From NCBI GenBank assembly GCA_963575745.1, contig CAUYUJ010000225.1, positions 1,426,001 through 1,490,000 on the forward strand: DNA of 64,000 nt, read 5' to 3'. The translations under genes were made by a program, and so were the position numbers. Positions 52,848 to 64,000 of the stretch are shown piece after piece. Numbering within the stretch: position 1 is the stretch's first letter; the number at the start of each line of letters is the position of its first letter. Under the pieces are notes generated by a model that worked only from the letters and a program-made list of their open reading frames with translations, had not been told where the DNA came from and did not search any database. This DNA is from Prorocentrum cordatum (lineage: Eukaryota).

Positions 52848-53450
52848 GGAGGAGGACGAGGAGGAGGAAGTGGACGAGGAGGAGGAGGAGGAGAGGGGAG
52901 GAGGAGGAGGAGGAGGAGGAGGAGGAGGAGGAGGAGGAGGAGGAGGAGGGAGGAGGAGGGAAGATTGAAGAGGAGGGGAGGAGGAGGAGGAGGAGGAGGA
53001 GGAGGAGGAGGAGGAGGAGGAGGAGGAGGAAGAGGAGGAGGAGGAGGAGGAGGAGAGGGGAGGGGAGGACGAGGAGGAAGGAGGGGGAGGGGGAGGAGGC
53101 GGAGGCGGAGGCGGAGGCGGAGGCGCGAGGAGGAGGAGGAGGGAGGAGGAGGAGGAGGAGGAGGAGGAGGTGGGGAGGAGGCGGAGGAGGAGGGGAGGGG
53201 GGAGGGGGGAGGGGGGAGGGGAGGTAGGAGGAGGAGGAGAGGGAGGAGGGAGGAGGAGGAGGAGGAGGAGGAGGAGGAGGAGGAGGAGGAGGAGGAGGAG
53301 GAGAGCAGGAGGAGGAGGAGAGGAGGAGGAGGAGGAGGAGGGGGAGGAGGGGGAGGAGAAGAGGAGGAGGAGGAGGAGGAGGAGGAGGAGGAGGAGGAGG
53401 AGGAGGAGGAAGAGGAGGAGGAGGAGGAGGAGGAGGAGGAGGAGGAGGAG
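52810..53450. repeat. (GGA)n tract abutting the LINE 3' end
   Basis: Direct reading. Confidence 0.95.
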
Positions 53451-54299
53451 TCCATGGGATTCGGCCCATGGTCCATCCGCGCCACAGTGCCTTCCTCCTC
53501 ACGCGTCGACTCTGACGCCAGCACAGCGGCCCCAGGCACTTCGCCAGCCCTCGGCACACCGACGACAGGTCGTCGAGCACGAGTATCCAGCTCACCTCGC
53601 TGAGGCCCAACTCCGCCGCAAACCTGGGGCCCCAACTTCGCCGCGACCTCCTCCGAAGCGGACACGGTCCTGCTGAGCCTGCCTTTCGTGCCCAACTCCT
53701 CCGAAGGCGGCCTCGCACTCGACGATTCGGCTGCCTGTTCTCCACGCGACATCGACGAACTCTGAGCAGCGGGCTCTGACGACAGCTCAGGGCAGACCGC
53801 GGCCGCCAGCGGCGGCAGTGGCGCCGCGGCGGCGGCTCCGCGGGTGGCAGCGGCAGCACGCCTGCCAGGCACAGCGCTGATCCCCTTCTCCGCCTTGATC
53901 ATGGAGTGCGCGCGTGCCGTGCCCACTTGGCCAGCCTGCGCATGTTGGCGTGGTAGTTGGCCCGAATGCGTCGCCGTGCTGCCGCGCTGCCCACGCCGCC
54001 TCGCAGAAGTCCTGAGCCATCCTGAGCCTGACCACGCCCATGTTGTCGATGCCGATCGTCCGAGCAGCCTCGTTGACGAGCGGCGCCCACGTATCATGCA
54101 TCAGCAGGTCGGCCACGTAGGACACGCACAGGCGCAGCCAGTGCGCTCTGACTCCAGCTTCGTCGAGCACAGAGACGTCCTGGAGCCGGAACGCGGTGCA
54201 GGCCCTCAGCGTCCTCTCGAGCGTCATGCGCGCCGACGCGGCAGCTCGCCACGCAGGGCCCTGGTCCTTGGCCTCCGTGACTTGCAGTTGTGTCTCCGC

Positions 54300-55900
54300 A
54301 GACGCCGTTGCGGCTGACGGCGCCAGTGGTGGTCATCTTACTCAAAGGCTCGAAGACGCCGCCGTTGGCCAGGTGCTCGAGCCCAGTGCCCTTGCTGACC
54401 TCGCGCCACTGCCACGCTTGCACAGCGCGCAACAGGAGACGCCGGACGATCCACGGGGCCAGCTCGAAAACATGGACGTCGACATCTTCGTGCGCGCGCC
54501 AGGCGGCGGCGTTGACCACCTGCCAACCGACCCGCTCGAGGGTGAGCCGCACCGCACTGAGGGGCCCGCGCGCCTGGCTCCAGCTCTGGGCCTGGCAGCG
54601 CGCCATGCCGCAGTCGATGATGCGCTGGGGAATCCAGCTTCCCCGGGCCGCCCGCGGCAGCATCATGGTGGGCAGGAGCGTGGCTCTGATTATCGGGTCG
54701 AGCATGGGCGTCAGCATCAGGGTGAGCGTGCGCGACCGTCCAGCCAAGCTGGACGCGACCGCCTTGAACGACTCCGTCCGCAGCGTGTCCAGCTCCATGG
54801 CGGCGCAGCCAGTGACGGCGATGCCGTGGGTCACGCTGGGCTCGATGCCAGCCCTGGCGACCTTGCTCGCAGCCTCCTTGCGCCCTGCCCCTGTCTTGAG
54901 GATCGCCACGCGGCGTTGACGTAGCCCTGCCTGCACCAGCTTCTCCTGGCGCACCTCGCGCACGATTCGCCTGCCACACGAGAAGTCACCGCCCATTGTG
55001 GGCTCACCCTTGACCGAGATCACGCCGAGCGGCCAGCGCAGACGGGCAGCCAGGCCATGGCGAGCAGCAGGGAGGTTCGCCAACGCCCTTGGCTTCTTGA
55101 CCGCAACGTCGAGGTCCACGTCCACGAGTAGCGTCTTGAGCCTGAAGGCAGCCCCAGCAACCTCCTCCGTCACCCGCGCGAGCCCGCCAACTCGATGGAG
55201 CATGAGGTCGTCCACGACCGCTGCCAGCGACAAGGTCGGGCGCTGGATGACCAGGCGGTCGAGCGGCCCGATCAGGATGCGCTTCAGCAGCGAGGTCGAA
55301 GCCGTCACCGGGCAGGATGGACTGCCTCGCCTCGATCACGCTCGAGGCAGCGCTGCCCATGCAGAGGGCCCTCGGCGCGCAGTATAGCTCCGGCGTCAGC
55401 TTGAGCTGCCACGGCGGGAAGCCAGCGGCGATGGCAGCGTCGAGCAGCCAGTGGTGCCGCACTTGCTCGAACGCCTTGAGCAGGTCGAGCAGGGCGGCGA
55501 CCGCCACCCAGGACTCGGCGTCGCCGCTGTCAGCGCCCCGCTGCGTGGCCCACTCTCCGATCACAGCTAGATGCCATACGGCCCGCTCGCAGCTGCGGCC
55601 AGCCGTCGCCCACCTGTATGGGCGATCGTTTGCCCCCTCCCACTTGCGGGCGAGGCCACGCCGAAGTCGTGCCTGCACCCTTGCGAGCACCATGATGACG
55701 GCGATGGGCCTCGCTCCGCCCAGCCGCTTTTGGATGGGGCCGATCTTGGTGGTCATGAGCGGCCAAGCGGCGTCGCGCTCGATCGCCATGGGGATGTCGA
55801 TGAGGACCCCCCAGCGCCTCGTCGCATAGCTCATCGAGCTGACGCGGCCTCGCGGCGCAGATGGACATGCCCGTGGTGGCCCTGAAGGAGCGCAGCACGT
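54300..55900 (-). pseudogene. LINE ORF2 reverse transcriptase region (frameshifted)
   Basis: GGARPIAV, GRSCERAVW, LLDLLKAFEQVRH, QSILPG, then LAAVVDDL (YxDD equivalent) in the next frame. Confidence 0.9.
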
Positions 55901-56839
55901 TGCGCAGCTCCTGGACTGAGGGCCTCGGCGGCCTCTCGCCCAGGTCCGAGGGCCAGTGCAAGCGCATGTGCTCGCAGGATGTCCTCCACCAGCGACTCCA
56001 CTCTACCTCGAGCTGCGTCACCTGCTGCCCGAGGTCCATGGGCTCGAACAGCTGCCTACAGTCGCCGAGGCCGTCGCCGTTCTCAGCTTCGCCAATGGGG
56101 CTCGGGTCGGAACCGATGGGCAGACGGGATACTGCGTGGAGACCGCCACCTCCCCCTTCGGCCTACTTCTCGACCCACAGCTGGAACTGGGCGGTCCGCT
56201 GCCCCATGCCCCGCTCCGCCATCTCGAACGCGACCGCGTGCGCGCGCGCAGCTGCTGCAGCGCGGCGGGGCCCGGCAGGGACAGACGCAAGTTGTTAAAC
56301 AGTATCCACCAAGCCACGGTTTGAGGCAACACCTGATGGCAGGACAGAACCTCGCCGTTATCAAGTGTCGACCTCAGTGGCTGGGGATCCGTCTAGCAGT
56401 CTGCGCGCACCTCGAAGAGCGTCGAGACGCGCGCGCGGCTGCTCCACGGCGGCGATGTCGAGCAGCGCGCTGGCCACGCGGTGCATCCAGGTCGCCTCTG
56501 CAGAAACTCGGGGCCAGCGGGCACCGGCCACAGGAAGCCGACGGTGCCGCCGCGGCTCTGCAGGGCGAGCTCGCCCCTTGTGCTTGACCTTGTCCCCCTT
56601 CCGCCCGGTAGATGTCGATCCACTCATCCTCGGCGGCGCCGAGGAACCGCTGCCGCGCAGTGGCGAGGTGGCCCTTGATGCTGCTGTCGCGCTCGGCCTT
56701 GTCCAGCACCCCCCCCTGCCCGCCAGCAAGCAAGCTCTGCAGTTCCTGGCCGATCTCGCTCCAGCGCTCGCCGTGCGCATGGCGAGCACAGCCCGCGGGC
56801 CGCTGGACAGGGAAGGGCTCGGGCACCTGCGCGAGGCCC

Positions 56840-57505
56840 CCAGCTCCAGGATGACGGGCTTGTGCGGGTAGACTGGTGACCCGCTGACCACTCGGATGTT
56901 GGTCACCTTGAGTCCTCGCGAGACGATGAACAGATCGATCGTCCTCTTCGACCGCGCGCAGGCGGGCTCCAAAGTGTCCGCGACGACGGCATCGAAGAGT
57001 CTCAGCACGCCCAACTTCACCAGCTCCTGCTCGGCGCAGCTGGAGTCGCCCCCGACCGCGCACGGGCGGCCATGCTCCCGCAGCCTGCAGGCCAGGTCTT
57101 TCAGCGCGTAGTAGTTGAACGCGTTGACACCAGCGCCTGACTGCAGGTAGGTGTTGGCCAGCGCAATGCCACCGCGGACTGGCCCAGAGCGATGTAGCAC
57201 ATGCGCGCGCCCCTCACGTTGGACGGGCGGGCGTGGCCCCAGCATGGCGGCAAGCCCATGCTCGCTGCGCACGCGCGCGAGCAGCCCCCCAGTCGCTTGC
57301 CCCCCAGCCAGCGACGGCACCGCGGCTGCACCGCAGGCACAAAGCCCACTACGACGAAGCTCCCCTTCAGCGTCCGTCGCGCGCGCTTGTCCTAGCCGAG
57401 TGTCTTGAAACAAGATGACGTCGCAGCCAACCAGCTCCTCGATGAGACACCTGTCGACGTTCAAATACGAATTCATAGTCAGCGACGCGATGCTCCAAGA
57501 CTGGG
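56840..57505 (-). pseudogene. LINE ORF2 apurinic-like endonuclease domain (degenerate)
   Basis: DVILFQDTR, TGG, NTYL, VGGDSS (for GGDFN), RTIDLFIVS, PHKPVILEL. Confidence 0.85.
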
Positions 57506-57510
57506 CACGG

Positions 57511-58613
57511 CTACCCCAAACGCGGCGTCTTGGCCTCAACCGCGGCCGCGTGCTTCTGCTTGAGGTGAGCCTGGAACTCCTCGACGAACTTCCGCTTCTC
57601 GGGGTCGGAGCCGACGAAGGCCGAGGCGGCGGCCTGGAACGCGTCACCCGTGGTAAACTCCAGCGGCCCCCCTTCGAGGTCCCCGTCGAAGCCTTCGCCC
57701 GCGGCGACGCCCGCAACGGCAGCCCCTGCGGCAGCCTCACAGCCGCTTGCTGGGGCGCCCGCGGCGCCACCGCCCGCTGCGACTGGTTCAGGAGAGTGAG
57801 CTGCCAACTCCTGCCAGCAGCGCGCGGAGGGGGCCCAGCAGGTCCTCGCTGAGCTGGAGTTTGGTGTTCGCCAGACGCGCCCACGACGCCCTCGAGCTTC
57901 TTCGCGTGGCCGATGAGTCCGCCGACGTCGCACTTGGACGCGGCACCATGCTTGGGCACGGTGTCGTTGGCGAGCGCGGCCTTCGCCCTGGAGACGGCGG
58001 CGCCCAGCTCGACCTGTAGCTGCGCGACCTTCTCCTTCTGCATGCAAGAACCCTGGAGCGCCTCAGCAGCAAGCTCCTGCTTCTTCTCGTAGTCCAGCTT
58101 GGCTTGCTGTAGCCGCTTGCAAGCTTCGTCCGCCGCCACCTGCGCAGACTTGACCGTCTTGATCTCAGAGAGCAAACCCAGCTGCTGCTGGAGCAGGAAG
58201 CGCAACTGCCGCGGGCTGTGCTTGTCGTTGGCGGCCAGCGTGACGGACAGTAGCTCGAAACCGGCATCGCTGAGTGCCAGGAAGCGGTCGCGGGCCTCGG
58301 GCGAGAGCTTGGGCGGCTGCGCCCCAAAGCCCCCGCCACCTCCACGCTTCGGCTTCTGCACGGTGTGCCACGGGCGGGAGCCGCCAGCACCGTCCGCCCA
58401 AGCCCCGCGCGGTGGAGAAAAATCATCACGAGGAGCAAGCACACCGCGATTGGTCGGTCGGCCGACAGCCCGTGCACCCCGTCTGCCGACACTTCGCGCG
58501 CCAGCCCAGGTTCTTGTAGTGGCAGCGGTGGCATCGCCAGCTTGTCCCCTGAGCTGACTCACGCACTGCACCAGCGCCAGAGCCGCCGCCGCCGCCGAAA
58601 GGAGGAGGAACCA
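57511..58613 (-). pseudogene. LINE ORF1 with RanBP2-like Zn finger and coiled coil (frameshifted)
   Basis: WRCHRCHYKNLGWRAKCRQTGC at 58539-58474; helical KRLQQAKLDYEKKQELAAEAL segment; stop at 57511. Confidence 0.7.
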
Positions 58614-58748
58614 TGCCGCGCGAACGGCTCGCCACAAGGGCGGCGGGCTCCTCACCTGGGGCTGACCAGGCGGAGACAATTGAAGACTGCCGCGGACTAG
58701 CGGTATCCTTGCAGGCACGGAGGCGCGGAGCCCCCAAAGTGCAGGCAT

Positions 58749-58769
58749 CTTGAGCCAAAATGGCTACGG
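58749..58769 (-). other. Dinoflagellate spliced leader (DinoSL) relic
   Basis: Exact CCGTAGCCATTTTGGCTCAAG, 21 of the 22 nt of DCCGTAGCCATTTTGGCTCAAG; not followed by a GT-started SL RNA intron. Confidence 0.97.
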
Positions 58770-58938
58770 GGGAGGAGGAGGAGGCGGAGGAGGAGGAGGA
58801 GGAGGAGGAGGAGGAGGAAGAGGAAGGGAGGAGGAGGAGAGAGAGGAGGAGGAGGAATAGGAGGAGGAGGAGGAGGAAGAGGAGGAGGAGACGGAGAGGA
58901 GGAGAAGAGGAGGAGAGGGGGAGGAGGAGGAAGGGGGA

Positions 58939-59524
58939 GGACAAGTAGGTGCGCCTCGCGTCATATCTGACGTCCTACCCTCCCTCCCATCCCTTACCAT
59001 GGCGCTGAATTTCCTTCCTATCCGCACGTGTCGTAGCGGACCTGTGGCTCCGCGCGCGCATGTGCGTAGTGGGTGGTGGTGCGCGTGCGTGCGTGCGTGT
59101 GTGCGTGGTTGTGGTGGTGGTGGTGTGTGGTGGTGGTGGTGGTGGTGTTGTTGTGTGGTGGTGGTGGTGGTGGTGCTGGTGGTGGTGGTGGTGGTGGTGG
59201 TGGTGGTGGTGGTGCGGCGCGGTGGTGGCGGGCGGATGGGCGCGCGAGAAAGAGGCCCGCGCTGGGGCGAGAACGCCATCCTGAACGACGGAGGCCAAAC
59301 ACCGATCCGAAAATGAGGCCCACGCTGCAGCGGGAGCACGATTCGGAACGATTCGGGAGCAGAAATGAGGCCAGCGCCTCAGCGAGAGCAGCATTTTGAA
59401 AAAACGCAAGCGAAAACCCGTTTCCCGGGAATCCTGTGTGAAAAAAACAGTACGCGGGGGGGGTCGGATATCTTCGGGACGCCATCAGGGGAAGTGGGAG
59501 AGTATTTTCATATTGTGTAATTGT
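58939..59524 (-). mobile_element. ~580-bp SINE-like element, copy 2
   Basis: Direct repeat of 51003-51580; (GGA)n on both sides. Confidence 0.7.
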
Positions 59525-60153
59525 GGAGGAGGAGGAGGAGGAAGAGGAGGAGGAGGAGGAGAGGAGGAGGAGGAGGAGGAGAAGGACGAGGAATAGGAGG
59601 AGGAGGAGGAGGAGGAGAAGAGGAGGAGAAGAGGAGGAGAGAGGGGGAGGAGGAGAAAGAGGGAGGAGGAGGAGGAGGAGGAGGAGGAGGAGGAGGAGGA
59701 GGAGGAGGAGGAGGAGGAGGAGGAGAAGAAGTGGAGGAGGAGAGAGGGGGAGGGAGAAGGCGGGAGAATGGTCTGTTCGAGCGCGGACGGCACGCCCAAA
59801 ATAGTGACGATGCCGCTGGAGGCGCGGCCCGAAACAGGCGTCGACCACTGTTGGGCAGGTGACGCCTGCCGTCTGCGAGACAGACGGCGAACCCTCCCAC
59901 AAGATCAGAAGCTTCACAAGTTGAGCTCGCAGCGGTCGTCGTTCCCTTCCGTACCGTCCCATCTCGGACGCCCCGAGCATTAGGTCGGGCATGTCCTCCT
60001 ACAGGCGGGTTTTGGACGAAAAATGAAACATAGGTCAGAAAATACCCCCAAATAGTAAAGAAGACTCGAAAAATCGTCCCCTGACTATTTTTCGACTGGT
60101 TTGGAATATTCCTCCTGTAGAGGGACATGCCCGACTTCACCCGAGCAAAACAC

Positions 60154-60326
60154 CTGGAATGTACTCCACCAGCAGCGTCCGCCTGCGCTCGTAGGGCGCG
60201 ACGGGCAGCGCCGGCCACAGCGGCCACCATGCCTCCGAGGGCGTGGGCGGCGGCCGCAGATCCGCGGCGCCGCCCGGGGCGGCGGCCCCAAATGGGGAGG
60301 CGAACGCTTCCCTCGCCGGGGCCACC
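60154..60326 (-). CDS. DUF4336-family gene, first recognisable exon (...EAWWPLWPALPVAPYERRRTLLVEYIP); 5' boundary uncertain
   Basis: Fits the N-terminal WPxWPxxPxxPYxxRRT motif; CAG|GT donor at 60153 in phase with exon 2 (G+GC = Gly). Confidence 0.88.
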
Positions 60327-61556
60327 CTGGAGCTCGGCCCCTCTGACGGGCCGATTTTCCACCACCGCTACCATATGTAGGATAGGGGGGCGGAAAAGGA
60401 GGAGGAGGAGGAGGACGAGGAGGAGGAGGAGGAGGAGGAGGAGGAGGAGGAGGAGGGGAGGAGGCAGGAGGAGGAGGAGGAGGACGAGGAGGAGGAGGAA
60501 GAGGAGACCTCCTCATCCTCCCTTCTCCCTCGTCCTACTTATGGTAGTGGTGGTGGAAAACCGGCCCATCATCCTCGCCGGTCCGCGGCGACAGCAGGCA
60601 CACGGCCGCCGCAGCAGTGACCCAACCCACCGTGGGGCGCCTGGACCACGCATAGCTCGAGCTGAACCGTGTTATTTCCGTGTTCGCTTTGTCTTCGTAG
60701 TAGTCCGTTCCGTCTCCGTGCTGCCTCTACTGCGGAACGGAATCAGAACGGAAGCGGCCCACGAAAGCACCAAAACACCGTTTAGCTCGAGCCCTGGCCT
60801 GAACCACGGACAACGGGATCCCCAGCCGGGCCACCGCGGCCGCCCCATCGGCGCGGTGGCCCAGGATAAGGCGCCTGAGGCTGGAACGTTTCAGGCAGCA
60901 GGTTGCAACGAGGGCGGGGCGACAAAACACGCGACCCTTCTGTTGCGGTCGCGATGCCAATGCCAGCGTCGAGGAGCAAGCTGTGCGGAGTCAGGGCGAA
61001 CTGCTGGTGGCGACGCTTTGCAGACTCTGCCACTGCTCGGGCAGCCTCCCAGCGCTCACTGATGCCCATCCAAAACAAAGCATCAAAGATGATGGATCAT
61101 TACAAGGCCGACGATAAAAACGACGGCAAGGTGATTGAGGATAAGAACGACGAGGGTGAAAATGAAGACAAGGACGAGGACCAACATGATGACGATGATG
61201 TTGGTGAATGCGATGACAAGAGTGGATGTGAAAATAATGACGACGATGCTAATACTGGAAAACGCGCCACTGGATCACCCTGTAGTTGAACAGGGGGGGG
61301 TCCGACCCCCCCCCACTCCCCCCCTTCAAAGGGGGGTGAGATTTTCGACTCCCCCCCCCCCCCTTAAGGAAAGGGTCCGAACCCCCCCCTCCCCCGACCC
61401 CCCTTGAAGGGGGAGGGGGTTCCGCCCCCCCCTCCACCCCTTGACGCTGGAAAGGGCGTGGGGAGTTCGAACCCCCCCCTCCCCTCCCCCCCTTTGCGCC
61501 GAACAGGGGGCCGGGGGGGGGCCTCTCCTGCAAGGGGGGGGGGGTCTGGCCTCGGG

Positions 61557-62790
61557 ATAGTGAGCAGTGAGTAGTGAGTAGATAATCATGAGTAGTGAGT
61601 AGTGAGTAGTGAGCAGTGAGTAGATAGTAGCGAGTAATGAGGAGTGAGGAGTGAGTAGTGAGTATTGCGCAATGAGTAGTGAGTAGTGAGAAGTGAGCAG
61701 TGAATAGTGGGTAGTGGGGAGTGGGTAGTGAGTAGTGAGTAGCGAATAAGGAGTAGCAAAAAGTGAATAGTGAGTCGCAGATACGGCACTGTGACTAGTG
61801 AGTAGTGAGGAGGGAGTAGTCAGTAGTAAGTAGCAAGTAGGGAGTAGCGAGCAGTGAGTAGTGAGTACTGAGTAGGGAGTAGTGTGGTCTGTAGTGAGTA
61901 GTGAGTAGTGACATGTGAGAAGTGGGGATTGAGTATTGGGCAGCGGGTAGTGCGTAGGGAGTAGCGGGTAGTGAGTCGTGAATTGTGACTTGTGAGTACT
62001 GAATAGCAAGTAGCGAGTAGCGACTTATGACAAGTGGCTTCTGAGTAGGGAGTAGTGGGTAGTGAGTAGTGCGTAGTGACTCTTGCGTAGTGAGTAGTGA
62101 ATAGTGAGTAGTGCGTAGTGGGTAGTGAGTCGTGAGTAGTGAGTACTGAATAGTGAGTACTGAGTAGCGTAGCGACTTGTGACTAGTGACTAGCGGGTAG
62201 CGGGTAGGGAGTAGGGAGTAGCGAGTAGTGAATAGTGAGCAGTGAGCAGCGGGTACTGTGTAGGGAGTAAGGAGTAACGAGTAGCGAGCAGCGGATAGTG
62301 AGTAATGAGTTGTGGGCAGCGAGTAGTGAGTAGTGCCCTGTGAGTACTCAGTAGTGAGTAGTGGACAGTGGCTAGTGGGTAGTGAATAATGCTTACTGAA
62401 GAATGAGTAGTGGGCAATGAGTCGTGATTAGTGAGTAGAATAAGGAGTTGTGAGTAGTGAGTAGTGAGTTGTGGGCCATGAGTAGTGAAGTGTGAGTAGT
62501 GAGTAGTGAGTAGTGGATAGTGGCTAGTGGGTAGTGAGTGGTGGTTTGTGATTAGTGCAAAGTGGATAGTGACTAGTGTTTAGTGTTTAGTGAATAATGA
62601 GTAGTGAGTATTGAGTAGTGGATAGTGAGTAGTGAGTAGTGAGTAAGGAGTAGTGAATGATGAGTAGTGGGTAGTGAGTAGTGGGTAGTGAGTAGTGAGT
62701 CGTGAATAGTGAACCGTTAGTAGTGAGAAGTGAGTAGTGACTAGCGAGTAGTGAGTAGTGGGTAGTGGGTAATGCGTAATGAATAGTGAA
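61557..62790. repeat. 7-bp minisatellite (AGTGAGT)n, ~1.2 kb
   Basis: Direct reading. Confidence 0.95.
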
Positions 62791-63516
62791 TGCTGTTTGG
62801 GGCTAGGGTTAGGGTACGGGGTTAGGGTTGGGAGTCAGGGTAAGGGTGAGGATTAGCGTTAGGGGTGGTAGGGGTCGGGTTCCGGAGCCTGGGGGCGCCG
62901 TGGCGAAAGGGGGGGAGGGGAGGGGGCTTCGAATTTGGCGGCCAAAGGGGGGGAGGGGGGGGGGTCGGAACCCCCCCCCCCTTTGAAAGGAGGGGAGGGG
63001 GGGGGGGGTCCCCGGACGGATCCCCCGACGACGGATCGGGAGGGGGGGGGGGGTCCCCGACGACGGATCTGGTAAAGAGGGGGGGGGGTCCCAACCCCCC
63101 CACCTTGGGGAGATCCAGCGGCGCACCCTCCTAATAATGATCAAGCACGGGATTCAGGAGATTTGGATGAGGATGGCGATCCTACGGATGTGGAGGGGTG
63201 AATGCCAACATGAAGATGACGAGGACATTGCCCGTAGACGTGGCGTTGGCAACCATGCTCAACGTAACCGTTTAGCAGGTGGCACCGAACGGCACCTTCA
63301 AGTTGTCGTAAGCAAAGGCTGCGACGTAGACCCGTCGGTCGGAAAAAGTGGGTAGAAACATGAAGTAGGAAGGCGTTGGAAGTATATTGGGTTTCCGCCC
63401 GCCCCCTGAAGAGGAGGGAAGAGGGAAAACCGCTCGACTATTGAAGCATGAAGGCGGCTAAAGTAGATTGGGATCTGGGGATATCCAAATATTTACTTCC
63501 AACGGCCAGCGCGTAC

Positions 63517-63547
<31 letters not shown>

Positions 63548-63548
63548 A

Positions 63549-64000
63549 CTCGAACCATCGCGCGCGATTCGCGCGCTTAGGTTCTAGCCCAGGCCGGGGG
63601 GGGCGCTGGAAGATCTTGGACAGCGCTATCAAGCACAGGCGCGTGACATAGTCGTGCCTCCTGAGGGCCTCTTGGGGACCTATCGGGTCTTCGTGGGGGC
63701 GTCTGAAGGGCTTTTGGGGGTATCTCCGTGCTTCCTCAATTGGCTGTTGGAGGCACCTCTTGGGTGCTTCTTGGGGGGGCGTCTTGGGGCTTCTTGGGGT
63801 CCCTTGGGGGCATCGTCGGGGTTCACCTGGCAATCGGAAAGTGATGTTCTGCAATCTGAAGCCGTCATTGGCCGTCTGGGCTGCGTGGAGGTCCGACTTG
63901 AGGCCGCCTGGGGCCACATTGAGGCAATCCGGAAGCCTCCCAGGGGCCTCCTGGAGACAGTTTTGATGCATCGAAGGCACTGTTAGGCTATCTTGGAGTC
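63549..64000 (-). mobile_element. CCAAGA-type element with a Helitron-like hairpin terminus next to (TA)n
   Basis: CTCGAACCATCGCGCGCGATTCGCGCGCTTAGGTTCTAG matches 35007-35044; body matches 36159-36480. Confidence 0.5.

Larger units (their letters stand above)
53451..58769 (-). mobile_element. Decayed non-LTR retrotransposon (LINE), apparently with both ends intact, in intron 1 of the DUF4336 gene
   Basis: ORF1 with Zn finger and coiled coil, APE domain, RT domain, several frameshifts; SL at the 5' end; stem-loop and (TCC)n at the 3' end. Confidence 0.9.

Noticed and set aside
56361..58748. 795-aa ORF starting right after the SL as a single protein
   Set aside because: It strings together different frames of decayed ORF1 and ORF2; the Zn finger and the ORF1 end lie in other frames
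58749..58769. SL RNA gene
   Set aside because: The SL is followed by ATGCC, not a GT donor and SL intron; not tandem and no 5S rRNA nearby
60903..61289. Acidic 128-aa ORF
   Set aside because: The C-terminal half is degenerate (GAT/GAC)n low-complexity sequence; no recognisable motif
62796..62870. True telomere
   Set aside because: Short, degenerate, internal, and not the TTTAGGG repeat

Overview
Eukaryotic, GC-rich, extremely repetitive DNA, almost certainly from a dinoflagellate (Prorocentrum-like; inferred from a perfect 21-nt DinoSL spliced-leader core, GT/GC/GA intron donors and co-directional genes). Most long ORFs in the track are microsatellite or repeat artefacts. The recognisable host-gene coding sequence is all on the minus strand. 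(1) Five exons of a DUF4336-family gene are spread over 33.7 kb (60326 to ~26618), with one intron of 22.9 kb. (2) A disabled multi-exon gene (17194 to 14179) has eight near-identical 126-bp HET-E-type WD40 repeats with hypervariable positions, upstream of a PARP catalytic domain (H-Y-E). (3) There is at least one orphan exon. Intron 1 of the DUF4336 gene holds a decayed, apparently full-length LINE (ORF1 Zn finger, APE, RT) that begins exactly with the spliced leader and ends in a stem-loop plus (TCC)n. Much of the remaining repeat DNA resolves into non-autonomous elements with asymmetric terminal inverted repeats and hairpins (Helentron/DINE-1-like). Three of these carry 152-bp tandem arrays of one family. 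Best candidates for new biology are the hypervariable WD40-PARP receptor/effector, the SL-capped LINE and the satellite-carrying Helentron-like elements. All family assignments are by motif recognition; no database search was run.
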